A program made the translations under genes and the position numbers. The notes under the pieces were generated by a model. The model did no database searches. It had not been told where the DNA came from and saw nothing but the letters and a program-made list of their open reading frames with translations. From the NCBI RefSeq assembly GCF_009914755.1, contig NC_060948.1: DNA of 64,000 nucleotides. One strand, given 5' to 3'. Shown one piece after another: positions 14,901 through 29,900 of the stretch. This stretch comes from the human T2T-CHM13v2.0 reference genome, Homo sapiens. Each line of letters starts with the position of its first letter. Positions within the stretch are counted from its first letter, which is position 1.

Positions 14901-17900
14901 CATGAATGGAATGTAATCGAATGGAAAGTAATCCAATGGAATAGAATCTAATGCAATAAAATCGACTCAGATAGAGTAGAATGTAATGGAATGGAGTGCA
15001 GTGCAATGGAATGGAATGGAATGGAATGCAATGGAATGGAATGGAATGGAATGGAATGGGATGGAATGGGATGGAATGGATAGTAATGGACTGGAGTGAA
15101 ATGGACTGGAAAGGAATGGACTCAAATTGAAAGGGCTCGAAAGGAATGGAGACAAATGGAATGGTCTGGAATGGAATGAACACGAATGTAATGCAATCCA
15201 ATACAATGGAGTCGAATGGCATGGAATATAAAGAAATGGAATCGAAGAGAATGGAAACAAATGGAATGGAATTGAATGGAATGGAATTGAATGGAATGGG
15301 AACGAATGGAGTGAAATTGTATGCAGTAGAAGAGAATAGAATGGAATGCAAGCGAAAGGAAAGGAATGGATTGGAATGGAATGGAATTCATTGGAATGGA
15401 AGGGAATGTAGTGTAATGGACAGGCCTGGAATAAAGTGGAATGCTACGGTCTCGAATGGAATAAAAATGTATGGAATGGAATGCAATGAAACGGAATCGA
15501 ATGTCATAGAATGTAATGGAATGCAAAAAAATGGAATCCAAATCATTGACTGGAAAGGCTGGGTGTCGAAAGGAATTGACTCCAATGGAATGGAATCGAA
15601 TGGAATGGAAGTGAATAGAATCGAACTAAATCGAATGGAATGGAATTGATAAGAACGGAATGGAAAGGAATGCAATGATTTGGCATGGAATGGAATCGAA
15701 TGGCATCGAATGGAATGGAATGGAATGCAATGGAATGGAATGTATTAGAATGTAATGAACTTTAATGGAATGTACTCGAATGGATTCGACTGGAATGGAA
15801 TGTTCGGGAAGTGAATGGACTCCAATGGAATGGATTCAAAAAGTATGGAATCGTACGGAATGGAATCTAATGGAATGGAATTAAATGGAAATGAATCAAA
15901 TTGAATAGCACGGAATTGAATTGAATGGAATCGAATGCAATGGAATCTAATGAAACGGAAAGGAAAGGAATGGAATGGAATGGAATGGGCTGGAATGGAA
16001 AGGAATCGAAACGAATGGAATGGAATCGAACTGAAGAGAGTGGAATGGAATGCACTGGAATGGAAGGGAGTGTAATGGAAGGTTCTCGAAAAAAATGGAA
16101 TCGAATGGAATGGAATTGAGTGGAACGGAATAGAGTCGAATGGAATTGAATGGAATGGAATGGACTAGAGTGAAATGAAATCGAACCACAAGGAATGGAC
16201 AGGAATAGAATGGTCTCGAATTGAATGGAATCGTATGGAATGGCATCAAACGGAATGGAATGGACAGCCACGGAATGGAATGCACTCGAATGCAATGGAG
16301 TCGAAACTTATGGACTAGAATAGAATGGACTCGACTGGTACGGACTCCAATGGAATGGAATCGAATGGAAGGGAATCGAACGGAATGGACTCGAAGGGAA
16401 AAGACTGCAATGGAAAGGTCTCGAATGGAATGGAAATTAATGGAATGGAATGGAATCGAATGAAATGGAGTCAAAAGGAATGGAATCGAATGGCAAGAAA
16501 TCGAATGTAATGGAATCGCAAGGAATTGATGTGAACGGAACGGAATGGAATGGAATCCAAAGGAATGGAATAGAATGGAATGGAATCGAATGGAAAGGAC
16601 TCGAATGGAAATCACTCGAGTAGAATGCAATTTAATAAAATAGGATCAAATGTAATGGAATGGAATGGAAAGGAATCGAAACGAAAGGAATGGAGACAGA
16701 TGGAATGGAATGGAACAGAGAGCAATGGTATAGAATGGAATGGAATCATCTGGAATGGAATTGAATGGAATGGAATAATATGAAATGGAATGGAATGGAA
16801 TGGAATGGAATGCCCTTGAATTAAATGGACTGGAATGGAATGGACTCGAACAGAGTGGAATGGAAAGTGTTGAGATAGAATGGAATGGACTCCTTTGGAA
16901 TGGTGTAGTATGCAATGCAATCGACTGGCAGGGAATCAAAAGGAATGAAATCGAATGGATTCGACTGGAATGCCATGGACTCGAATAGATTGGAAACGGA
17001 ATGCAAAGGAATGGAATGGAATAGTATGGAATGGAATGGAAAGGAATGGAGTGGAATAGACTAGAGTGGAATGGAATGGACTGGAAAGCAATGGACTGGA
17101 ATGGAACTTTCTTGAATGGACTGGAATCAAACGGAATGGAATGCAATGCAATCAAATGGCATGGAATAAAATAGAATGAAAGAGAATCAAATGGAATTGA
17201 ACCGAATGGAATCGAATGGATTGGAAAGGAATAGAATGGAATGGAATGGAATTGACTCAAATGGAATGGACTAGAATGGAATGGATTCGAATGGAAGGCA
17301 AAGGAATGGAATCTATTGGAATGGACTGTAATGGAATGGAATGGAAGGGATTGGAATGGACTCGAATGGAATGGACTGCAATAGAAAGGATTCGAATGGA
17401 ATGAAAAAGAATTGAATGGAATAGAACAGAATGGAATCAAATCGAATGAAATGGAATGGAATAGAAAGGAATGGAATGAAATGGAATGGAAAGGATTCGA
17501 ATGGAATGCAATCGAATGGAATGGAATCGAACGGAATGGAATAAAATGGAAGAAAACTGGCAAGAAATGGAATCGAAATGAATGGAGTGTTATGGAACGG
17601 ACTCAAAAGGAATTGAATGTAATAGAATGGAGTGGAGTGGACTCGAATATAATGGACTGGAATGGAATGAAATCACATGGAATAGGAACGAATGGAATGG
17701 AATGGAAAGGAATGGAATCGAATGGAAAGGAATCGAATGGAAGGGAATGAAATTGAATCAACAGGAATGGAAGGGAATAGAATAGACGGTAATGGAATGG
17801 ACTCGAATAGAATGGACACGAATGCTCAAATTGAATGGACTCGAATGGAATGGAAACGAAAGGAATGTCATCGAATGGAATTGAATCGATTGGAATGAAA

Positions 17901-20900
17901 TCGCATAGAATGGAGTGGAATCAAATGGAATTGAATCGAAAGGAAAGGAAGCGAATGGACTGAAATGAAATGGAATGGAATTGAATGGAAAGTAATGCAA
18001 TGGAATAGAATGGAACGAAATTTCACGGAATGGAATCAAACTGAATGGAATCAAATCAATGGAATCAAATCAAATGGAATGGAAAGGAATTGAATGGAGT
18101 AGATGGGATTGGATGGGATTGGAATGAAATGTACTGGAAAGGACTCGAATTTCATGAAACGGAATGGAATGAATTGGAACGGAATGGACTCGAATGGAAT
18201 GGAATGTCATGGAATGGCATCAAATGGAATGGCATCAAATGGAATGGAATCGAATGCAATGGAATGCTATGGAATGGAATGGAATGCATTGGAATGGAAT
18301 GTCCTCTAATGGAATGGATTAGAGTGGAATGGAATCGAATATAATAGAGTCGAATGAAATAGAATTGAAAGGAATGGGATCGAATACAATGGAATATACT
18401 GGAATGTAACGTAATGAACTCGAATGTAATTGACTGGAAAGGAATGTACATGAATGGAATGTAATCGAATGAAAAGTAATCCAATGGAATAGAATCTAAT
18501 GCAATAAAATCGACTCAAATAGAGTAGAATGTAATGGAATGGAGTGCAGTGCAATGGAATTTAATGGAATGGAATGCAATGGAATGGAATGGAATGGAAT
18601 GGAATGGGATGGAATGGTATGGAATGGATAGTAATGGACTGGAGTGAAATGGACTGGAAAGGAATGGATTCAAATTGAAAGGGCTCGAAAGGAATGGAGT
18701 CAAATGGAATGGTCTGGAATGGAATGAACACGAATGTAATGCAATCCAATAGAATGGAATCGAATGGCATGGAATATAAAGAAATGGAATCGAAGAGAAT
18801 GGAAACAAATGGAATGGAATTGAATGGAATGGAATTGAATGGAATGGGAACGAATGGAGTGAAATTGTATGCAGTAGAAGAGAATAGAATGGAATGCAAG
18901 CGAAAGGAAAGGAATGGATTGGAATGGAATGGAATTCATTGGAATGGAAGGGAATGTAGTGTAATGGACAGGCCTGGAATAAAGTGGAATGCTACGGTCT
19001 CGAATGGAATAAAAATGTATGGAATGGAATGCAATGAAACGGAATCGAATGTCATAGAATGTAATGGAATGCAAAAAAATGGAATCCAAAATCATTGACT
19101 GGAAAGGCTGGGTGTCGAAAGGAATTGACTCCAATGGAATGGAATCGAATGGAATGGAAGTGAATAGAATCGAACTAAATCGAATGGAATGGAATTGATA
19201 GGAACGGATTGGAAAGGAATGCAATGATTTGGCATGGAATGGAATCGAATGGCATCGAATGGAATGGAATGGAATGCAATGGAATGGAATGTATTAGAAT
19301 GTAATGAACTTTAATGGAATGTACTCGAATGGATTCGACTGGAATGGAATGTTCTGGAAGTGAATGGACTCCAATGGAATGGATTCAAAAGGAATGGAAT
19401 CGTACGGAATGGAATCTAATGGAATGGAATTAAATGGAAATGAATCAAATTGAATAGCACGGAATTGAATTGAATGGAATCGAATGCAATGGAATCTAAT
19501 GAAACGGAAAGGAAAGGAATGGAATGGAATGGAATGGAATGGGCTGGAATGGAAAGGAATCGAAACGAATGGAATGGAATCGAACTGAAGAGACTGGAAT
19601 GGAATGCACTGGAATGGAAGGGAGTGTAATGGAAGGTTCTCGAAAAAAATGGAATCGAATGGAATGGAATTGAATGGAACGGAATAGAGTCGAATGGAAT
19701 TGAATGGAATGGAATGGACTAGAGTGAAATGGAATCGAACCACAAGGAATGGACAGGAATAGAATGGTCTCGAATTGAATGGAATCGTATGGAATGGCAT
19801 CAAACGGAATGGAATGGACAGCCACAGAATGGAATGCACTCGAATGCAATGGAGTCGAAACTAATGGACTGGAATAGAATGGACTCGACTGGTACGGACT
19901 CCAATGGAATGGAATCGAATGGAAGGGAATCGAACGGAATGGACTCGAAGGGAAAAGACTGCAATGGAAAGGTCTCGAATGGAATGGAAATTAATGGAAT
20001 GGAATGGAATCGAATGAAATGGAGTCAAAAGGAATGGAATCGAATGGCAAGAAATCGAATGTAATGGAATCGCAAGGAATTGATGTGAACGGAACGGAAT
20101 GGAATGGAATCCAAAGGAATGGAATAGAATGGAATGGAATCGAATGGAAAGGACTCGAATGGAAATCACTCGAATAGAATGCAATTTAATAAAATAGGAT
20201 CAAATGTAATGGGATGGAATGGAAAGGAATCGAAACGAAAGGAATGGAGACAGATGGAATGGAATGGAACAGAGAGCAATGGTATAGAATGGAATGGAAT
20301 CATCTGGAATGGAATTGAATGGAATGGAATAATATGAAATGGAATGGAATGGAATGGAATGGAATGCCCTTGAATTAAATGGACTGGAATGGAATGGACT
20401 CGAACAGAGTGGAATGGAAAGTGTTGAGATAGAATGGAATGGACTCCTTTGGAATGGTGTAGTATGCAATGCAATCGACTGGCAGGGAATCAAAAGGAAT
20501 GTAATGGAATGGATTGGACTGGAATGCAATGGACTCGAATAGATTGGAAACGGAATGCAAAGGAATGGAATGGAATAGTATGGAATGGAATGGAAAGGAA
20601 TGGAGTGGAATAGACTAGAGTGGAATGGAATGGACTGGAAAGCAATGGACTGGAATGGAACTTTCTTGAATGGACTGGAATCAAACGGAATGGAATGCAA
20701 TGCAATCAAATGGCATGGAATAAAATAGAATGAAAGAGAATCAAATGGAATTGAATCGAATGGATTGGAAAGGAATAGAATGGAATGGAATGGAATTGAC
20801 TCAAATGGAATGGACTAGAATGGAATGGATTCGAATGGAAGGCAAAGGAATGGAATCTATTGGAATGGACTGTAATGGAATGGAATGGAAGGGATTGGAA

Positions 20901-23900
20901 TGGACTCGAATGGAATGGACTGCAATAGAAAGGATTCGAATGGAATGAAAAAGAATTGAATGGAATAGAACAGAATGGAATCAAATCGAATGAAATGGAA
21001 TGGAATAGAAAGGAATGGAATGAAATGGAATGGAAAGGATTCGAATGGAATGCAATCGAATGGAATGGAATCGAACGGAATGGAATAAAATGGAAGAAAA
21101 CTGGCAAGAAATGGAATCGAAATGAATGGAGTGTTATGGAACGGACTCAAAAGGAATTGAATGTAATAGAATGGAGTGGAGTGGACTCGAATATAATGGA
21201 CTGGAATGGAATGAAATCACATGGAATGGGAACGAATGGAATGGAATGGAAAGGAATGGAATCGAATGGAAAGGAATCGAATGGAAGGGAATGAAATTGA
21301 ATCAACAGGAATGGAAGGGAATAGAATAGACGGTAATGGAATGGACTCGAATAGAATGGACACGAATGCTCAAATTGAATGGACTCGAATGGAATGGAAA
21401 CGAAAGGAATGTCATCGAATGGAATTGAATCGATTGGAATGAAATCGCATAGAATGGAGTGGAATCAAATGGAATTGAATCGAAAGGAAAGGAAGCGAAT
21501 GGACTGAAATGAAATGGAATGGAATTGAATGGAAAGTAATGCAATGGAATAGAATGGAACGAAATTTCACGGAATGGAATCAAACTGAATGGAATCAAAT
21601 GAATGGAATCTAATCAAATGGAATGGAAAGGAATTGAATGGAGTAGATTGGATTGGATGGGATTGGAATGAAATGTACTGGAAAGGACTCGAATTTCATG
21701 AAACGGAATGGAATGAATTGGAACGGAATGGACTCGAATGGAATGGAATGTCATGGAATGGCATCAAATGGAATGGCATCAAATGGAATGGAATCGAATG
21801 CAATGGAATGCTATGGAATGGAATGGAATGCATTGGAATGGAATGTCCTCTAATGGAATGGATTCGAGTGGAATGGAATCGAATATAATAGAGTCGAATG
21901 AAATAGAATTGAAAGGAATGGGATCGAATACAATGGAATATACTGGAATGTAACGTAATGAACTCGAATGTAATTGACTGGAATGGAATGTACATGAATG
22001 GAATGTAATCGAATGGAAAGTAATCCAATGGAATAGAATCTAATGCAATAAAATCGACTCAAATAGAGTAGAATGTAATGGAATGGAGTGCAGTGCAATG
22101 GAATGGAATGGAATGGAATGCAATGGAATGGAATGGAATGGGATGGAATGGTATGGAATGGATAGTAATGGACTGGAGTGAAATGGAGTGGAAAGGAATG
22201 GACTCAAATTGAAAGGGCTCGAAAGGAATGGAGTCAAATGGAATGGTCTGGAATGGAATGAACACGAATGTAATGCAATCCAATAGAATGGAATCGAATG
22301 GCATGGAACATAAAGAAATGGAATCGAAGAGAATGGAAACAAATGGAATGGAATTGAATGGAATGGAATTGAATGGAATGGGAACGAATGGAGTGAAATT
22401 GTATGCAGTAGAAGAGAATAGAATGGAATGCAAGCGAAAGGAAAGGAATGGATTGGAATGGAATGGAATTCATTGGAATGGAAGGGAATGTAGTGTAATG
22501 GACAGGCCTGGAATAAAGTGGAATGCTACGGTCTCGAATGGAATAAAAATGTATGGAATGGAATGCAATGAAACGGAATCGAATGTCATAGAATGTAATG
22601 GAATGCAAAAAAATGGAATCCAAAATCATTGACTGGAAAGGCTGGGTGTCGAAAGGAATTGACTCCAATGGAATGGAATCGAATGGAATGGAAGTGAATA
22701 GAATCGAACTAAATCGAATGGAATGGAATTGATAGGAACGGAATGGAAAAGAATGCAATGATTTGGCATGGAATGGAATCGAATGGCATCGAATGGAATG
22801 GAAAGGAATGCAATGGAATGGAATGTATTAGAATGTAATGAACTTTAATGGAATGTACTCGAATGGATTCGACTGGAATGGAATGTTCTGGAAGTGAATG
22901 GGCTCCAATGGAATGGATTCAAAAGGAATGGAATCGTACGGAATGGAATCTAATGGAATGGAATTAAATGGAAATGAATCAAATTGAATAGCACGGAATT
23001 GAATTGAATGGAATCGAATGCAATGGAATCTAATGAAACGGAAAGGAATGGAGTGCAATGGAATGGAATGGAATGGGCTGGAATGGAAAGGAATCGAAAC
23101 GAATGGAATGGAATCGAACTGAAGAGACTGGAATGGAATGCACTGGAATGGAAGGGAGTGTAATGGAAGGTTCTCGACAAAAATGGAATCGAATGGAATG
23201 GAATTGAATGGAACGGAATAGGGTCTAATGGAATTGAATGGAATGGAATGGACTAGAGTGAAATGGAATCGAACCACAAGGAATGGACAGGAATAGAATG
23301 GTCTCGAATTGAATGGAATCGTATGGAATGGCATCAAACGGAATGGAATGGACAGCCACGGAATGGAATGCACTCGAATGCAATGGAGTCGAAACTAATG
23401 GACTGGAATAGAATGGACTCGACTGGTACGGACTCCAATGGAATGGAATCGAATGGAAGGGAATCGAACGGAATGGACTCGAAGGGAAAAGACTGCAATG
23501 GAAAGGTCTCGAATGGAATGGAAATTAATGGAATGGAATGGAATCGAATGAAATGGAGTCAAAAGGAATGGAATCGAATGGCAAGAAATCGAATGTAATG
23601 GAATCGCAAGGAATTGATGTGAACGGAACAGAATGGAATGGAATCCAAAGGAATGGAATAGAATGGAATGGAATCGAATGGAAAGGACTCGAATGGAAAT
23701 CACTCGAATAGAATGCAATTTAATAAAATAGGATCAAATGTAATGGAATGGAATGGAAAGGAATCGAAACGAAAGGAATGGAGACAGATGGAATGGAATG
23801 GAACAGAGAGCAATGGTATAGAATGGAATGGAATCATCTGGAATGGAATTGAATGGAATGGAATAATATGAAATGGAATGGAATGGAATGGAATGGAATG

Positions 23901-26900
23901 CCCTTGAATTAAATGGACTGGAATGGAATGGACTCGAACAGAGTGGAATGGAAAGTGTTGAGATAGAATGGAATGGACTCCTTTGGAATGGTCTAGTATG
24001 CAATGCAATCGACTGGCAGGGAATCAAAAGGAATGTAATCGAATGGATTGGACTGGAATGCAATGGACTCGAATAGATTGGAAACGGAATGCAAAGGAAT
24101 GGAATGGAATAGTATGGAATGGAATGGAAAGGAATGGAGTGGAATAGACTAGAGTGGAATGGAATGGACTGGAAAGCAATGGACTGGAATGGAACTTTCT
24201 TGAATGGACTGGAATCAAGCGGAATGGAATGCAATGCAATCAAATGGCATGGAATAAAATAGAATGAAAGAGAATCAAATGGAATTGAATCGAATGGAAT
24301 CGAATGGATTGGAAAGGAATAGAATGGAATGGAATGGAATGGACTAGAATGGAATGGATTCGAATGGAAGGCAAAGGAATGGAATCTATTGGAATGGACT
24401 GTAATGGAATGGAATGGAAGGGATTGGAATGGACTCGAATGGAATGGACTGCAATAGAAAGGATTCGAATGGAATGAAAAAGAATTGAATGGAATAGAAC
24501 AGAATGGAATCAAATCGAATGAAATGGAATGGAATAGAAAGGAATGGAATGAAATGGAATGGAAAGGATTCGAATGGAATGCAATCGAATGGAATGGAAT
24601 CGAACGGAATGGAATAAAATGGAAGAAAACTGGCAAGAAATGGAATCGAAATGAATGGAGTGTTATGGAACGGACTCAAAAGGAATTGAATGTAATAGAA
24701 TGGAGTGGAGTGGACTCGAATATAATGGACTGGAATGGAATGAAATCACATGGAATGGGAACGAATGGAATGGAATGGAAAGGAATGGAATCGAATGGAA
24801 AGGAATCGAATGGAAGGGAATGAAATTGAATCAACAGGAATGGAAGGGAATAGAATAGACGGTAATGGAATGGACTCGAATAGAATGGACACGAATGCTC
24901 AAATTGAATGGACTCGAATGGAATGGAAACGAAAGGAATGTCATCGAATGGAATTGAATCGATTGGAATGAAATCGCATAGAATGGAGTGGAATCAAATG
25001 GAATTGAATCGAAAGGAAAGGAAGCGAATGGACTGAAATGAAATGGAATGGAATTGAATGGAAAGTAATGCAATGGAATAGAATGGAACGAAATTTCACG
25101 GAATGGAATCAAACTGAATGGAATCAAATCAATGGAATCAAATCAAATGGAATGGAAAGGAATTGAATGGAGTAGATTGGATTGGATGGGATTGGAATGA
25201 AATGTACTGGAAAGGACTCGAATTTCATGAAACGGAATGGAATGAATTGGAACGGAATGGACTCGAATGGAATGGAATGTCACGGAATGGCATCAAATGG
25301 AATGGCATCAAATGGAATGGAATCGAATGCAATGGAATGCTATGGAATGGAATGGAATGCATTGGAATGGAAGGTCCTCTAATGGAATGGATTCGAGTGG
25401 AATGGAATCGAATATAATGGAGTCGAATGAAATGGAATTGAAAGGAATGGGATCGAATACAATGGAATATACAGGAATGTAATGTAATGAACTCGAATGT
25501 AATTGACTGGAATGGAATGTACATGAATGGAATGTAATCGAATGGAAAGTAATCCAATGGAATAGAATCTAATGCAATAAAATCGACTCAGATAGAGTAG
25601 AATGTAATGGAATGGAGTGCAGTGCAATGGAATGGAATGGAATGGAATGCAATGGAATGGAATGGAATGGAATGGAATGGAATGGAATGGGATGGAATGG
25701 TATGGAATGGATAGTAATGGACTGGAGTGAAATGGACTGGAAAGGAATGGATTCAAATTGAAAGGGCTCGAAAGGAATGGAGTCAAATGGAATGGTCTGG
25801 AATGGAATGAACACGAATGTAATGCAATCCAATAGAATGGAATCGAACGGCATGGAATATAAAGAAATGGAATTGAAGAGAATGGAAACAAATGGAATGG
25901 AATTGAATGGAATGGAATTGAATGGAATGGGAACGAATGGAGTGAAATTGTATGCAGTAGAAGAGAATAGAATGGAATGCAAGCGAAAGGAAAGGAATGG
26001 ATTGGAATGGAATGGAATTCATTGGAATGGAAGGGAATGTAGTGTAATGGACAGGCCTGGAATAAAGTGGAATGCTACGGTCTCGAATGGAATAAAAATG
26101 TATGGAATGGAATGCAATGAAACGGAATCGAATGTCATAGAATGTAATGGAATGCAAAAAAATGGAATCCAAAATCATTGACTGGAAAGGCTGGGTGTCG
26201 AAAGGAATTGACTCCAATGGAATGGAATCGAATGGAATGGAAGTGAATAGAATCGAACTAAATCGAATGGAATGGAATTGATAGGAACGGATTGGAAAGG
26301 AATGCAATGATTTGGCATGGAATGGAATCGAATGGCATCGAATGGAATGGAATGGAATGCAATGGAATGGAATGTATTAGAATGTAATGAACTTTAATGG
26401 AATGTACTCGAATGGATTCGACTGGAATGGAATGTTCTGGAAGTGAATGGACTCCAATGGAATGGATTCAAAAGGAATGGAATCGTACGGAATGGAATCT
26501 AATGGAATGGAATTAAATGGAAATGAATCAAATTGAATAGCACGGAATTGAATTGAATGGAATGGAATGCAATGGAATCTAATGAAACGGAAAGGAAAGG
26601 AATGGAATGGAATGGAATGGTCTGGAATGGAAAGGAATCGAAACGAATGGAATGGAATCGAACTGAAGAGACTGGAATGGAATGCACTGGAATGGAAGGG
26701 AGTGTAATGGAAGGTTCTCGAAAAAAATGGAATCGAATGGAATGGAATTGAATGGAACGGAATAGAGTCGAATGGAATTGAATGGAATAGAATGGACTAG
26801 AGTGAAATGGAATCGAACCACAAGGAATGGACAGGAATAGAATGGTCTCGAATTGAATGGAATCGTATGGAATGGCATCAAACGGAATGGAATGGACAGC

Positions 26901-29900
26901 CACGGAATGGAATGCACTCGAATGCAATGGAGTCGAAACTAATGGACTGGAATAGAATGGACTCGACTGGTACGGACTCCAATGGAATGGAATCGAATGG
27001 AAGGGAATCGAACGGAATGGACTCGAAGGGAAAAGACTGCAATGGAAAGGTCTCGAATGGAATGGAAATTAATGGAATGGAATGGAATCGAATGAAATGG
27101 AGTCAAAAGGAATGGAATCGAATGGCAAGAAATCGAATGTAATGGAATCGCAAGGAATTGATGTGAACGGAACGGAATGGAATGGAATCCAAAGGAATGG
27201 AATAGAATGGAATGGAATCGAATGGAAAGGACTCGAATGGAAATCACTCGAATAGAATGCAATTTAATAAAATAGGATCAAATGTAATGGAATGGAATGG
27301 AAAGGAATCGAAACGAAAGGAATGGAGACAGATGGAATGGAATGGAACAGAGAGCAATGGTATAGAATGGAATGGAATCATCTGGAATGGAATTGAATGG
27401 AATGGAATAATATGAAATGGAATGGAATGGAATGGAATGGAATGCCCTTGAATTAAATGGACTGGAATGGAATGGACTCGAACAGAGTGGAATGGAAAGT
27501 GTTGAGATAGAATGGAATGGACTCCTTTGGAATGGTGTAGTATGCAATGCAATCGACTGGCAGGGAATCAAAAGGAATGTAATGGAATGGATTGGACTGG
27601 AATGCAATGGACTCGAATAGATTGGAAACGGAATGCAAAGGAATGGAATGGAATAGTATGGAATGGAATGGAAAGGAATGGAGTGGAATAGACTAGAGTG
27701 GAATGGAATGGACTGGAAAGCAATGGACTGGAATGGAACTTTCTTGAATGGACTGGAATCAAACGGAATGGAATGCAATGCAATCAATGGCATGGAATAA
27801 AATAGAATGAAAGAGAATCAAATGGAATTGAATCGAATGGATTGGAAAGGAATAGAATGGAATGGAATGGAATTGACTCAAATGGAATGGACTAGAATGG
27901 AATGGATTCGAATGGAAGGCAAAGGAATGGAATCTATTGGAATGGACTGTAATGGAATGGAATGGAAGGGATTGGAATGGACTCGAATGGAATGGACTGC
28001 AATAGAAAGGATTCGAATGGAATGAAAAAGAATTGAATGGAATAGAACAGAATGGAATCAAATCGAATGAAATGGAATGGAATAGAAAGGAATGGAATGA
28101 AATGGAATGGAAAGGATTCGAATGGAATGCAATCGAATGGAATGGAATCGAACGGAATGGAATAAAATGGAAGAAAACTGGCAAGAAATGGAATCGAAAT
28201 GAATGGAGTGTTATGGAACGGACTCAAAAGGAATTGAATGTAATAGAATGGAGTGGAGTGGACTCGAATATAATGGACTGGAATGGAATGAAATCACATG
28301 GAATGGGAACGAATGGAATGGAATGGAAAGGAATGGAATCGAATGGAAAGGAATCGAATGGAAGGGAATGAAATTGAATCAACAGGAATGGAAGGGAATA
28401 GAATAGACGGTAATGGAATGGACTCGAATAGAATGGACACGAATGCTCAAATTGAATGGACTCGAATGGAATGGAAACGAAAGGAATGTCATCGAATGGA
28501 ATTGAATCGATTGGAATGAAATCGCATAGAATGGAGTGGAATCAAATGGAATTGAATCGAAAGGAAAGGAAGCGAATGGACTGAAATGAAATGGAATGGA
28601 ATTGAATGGAAAGTAATGCAATGGAATAGAATGGAACGAAATTTCACGGAATGGAATCAAACTGAATGGAATCAAATCAATGGAATATAATCAAATGGAA
28701 TGGAAAGGAATTGAATGGAGTAGATTGGATTGGATGGGATTGGAATGAAATGTACTGGAAAGGACTCGAATTTCATGAAACGGAATGGAATGAATTGGAA
28801 CGGAATGGACTCGAATGGAATGGAATGTCATGGAATGGCATCAAATGGAATGGCATCAAATGGAATGGAATCGAATGCAATGGAATGCTATGGAATGGAA
28901 TGGAATGCATTGGAATGGAATGTCCTCTAATGGAATGGATTCGAGTGGAATGCAATCGAATATAATAGAGTCGAATGAAATAGAATTGAAAGGAATGGGA
29001 TCGAATACAATGGAATATACTGGAATGTAACGTAATGAACTCGAATGTAATTGACTGGAATGGAATGTACATGAATGGAATGTAATCGAATGGAAAGTAA
29101 TCCAATGGAATAGAATCTAATGCAATAAAATCGACTCAGATAGAGTAGAATGGAATGGAATGGAGTGCAGTGCAATGGAATGGAATGGAATGGAATGCAA
29201 TGGAATGGAATGGAATGGGATGGAATGGTATGGAATGGATAGTAATGGACTGGAGTGAAATGGACTGGAAAGGAATGGACTCAAATTGAAAGGGCTCGAA
29301 AGGAATGGAGTCAAATGGAATGGTCTGGAATGGAATGAACACGAATGTAATGCAATCCAATAGAATGGAATCGAATGGCATGGAATATAAAGAAATGGAA
29401 TCGAAGAGAATGGAAACAAATGGAATGGAATTGAATGGAATGGAATTGAATGGAATGGGAACGAATGGAGTGAAATTGTATGCAGTAGAAGGGAATAGAA
29501 TGGAATGCAAGCGAAAGGAAAGGAATGGATTGGAATGGAATGGAATTCATTGGAATGGAAGGGAATGTAGTGTAATGGACAGGCCTGGAATAAAGTGTAA
29601 TGCTACGGTCTCGAATGGAATAAACATGTATGGAATGGAATGCAATGAAACGGAATCGAATGTCATAGAATGTAATGGAATGCAACAAAATGGAATCCAA
29701 AATCATTGACTGGAAAGGCTGGGTGTCGAAAGGAATTGACTCCAATGGAATGGAATCGAATGGAATGGAAGTGAATAGAATCGAACTAAATCGAATGGAA
29801 TGGAATTGATAGGAACGGAATGGAAAGGAATGCAATGATTTGGCATGGAATGGAATCGAATGGCATCGAATGGAATGGAATGGAATGCAATGGAATGGAA

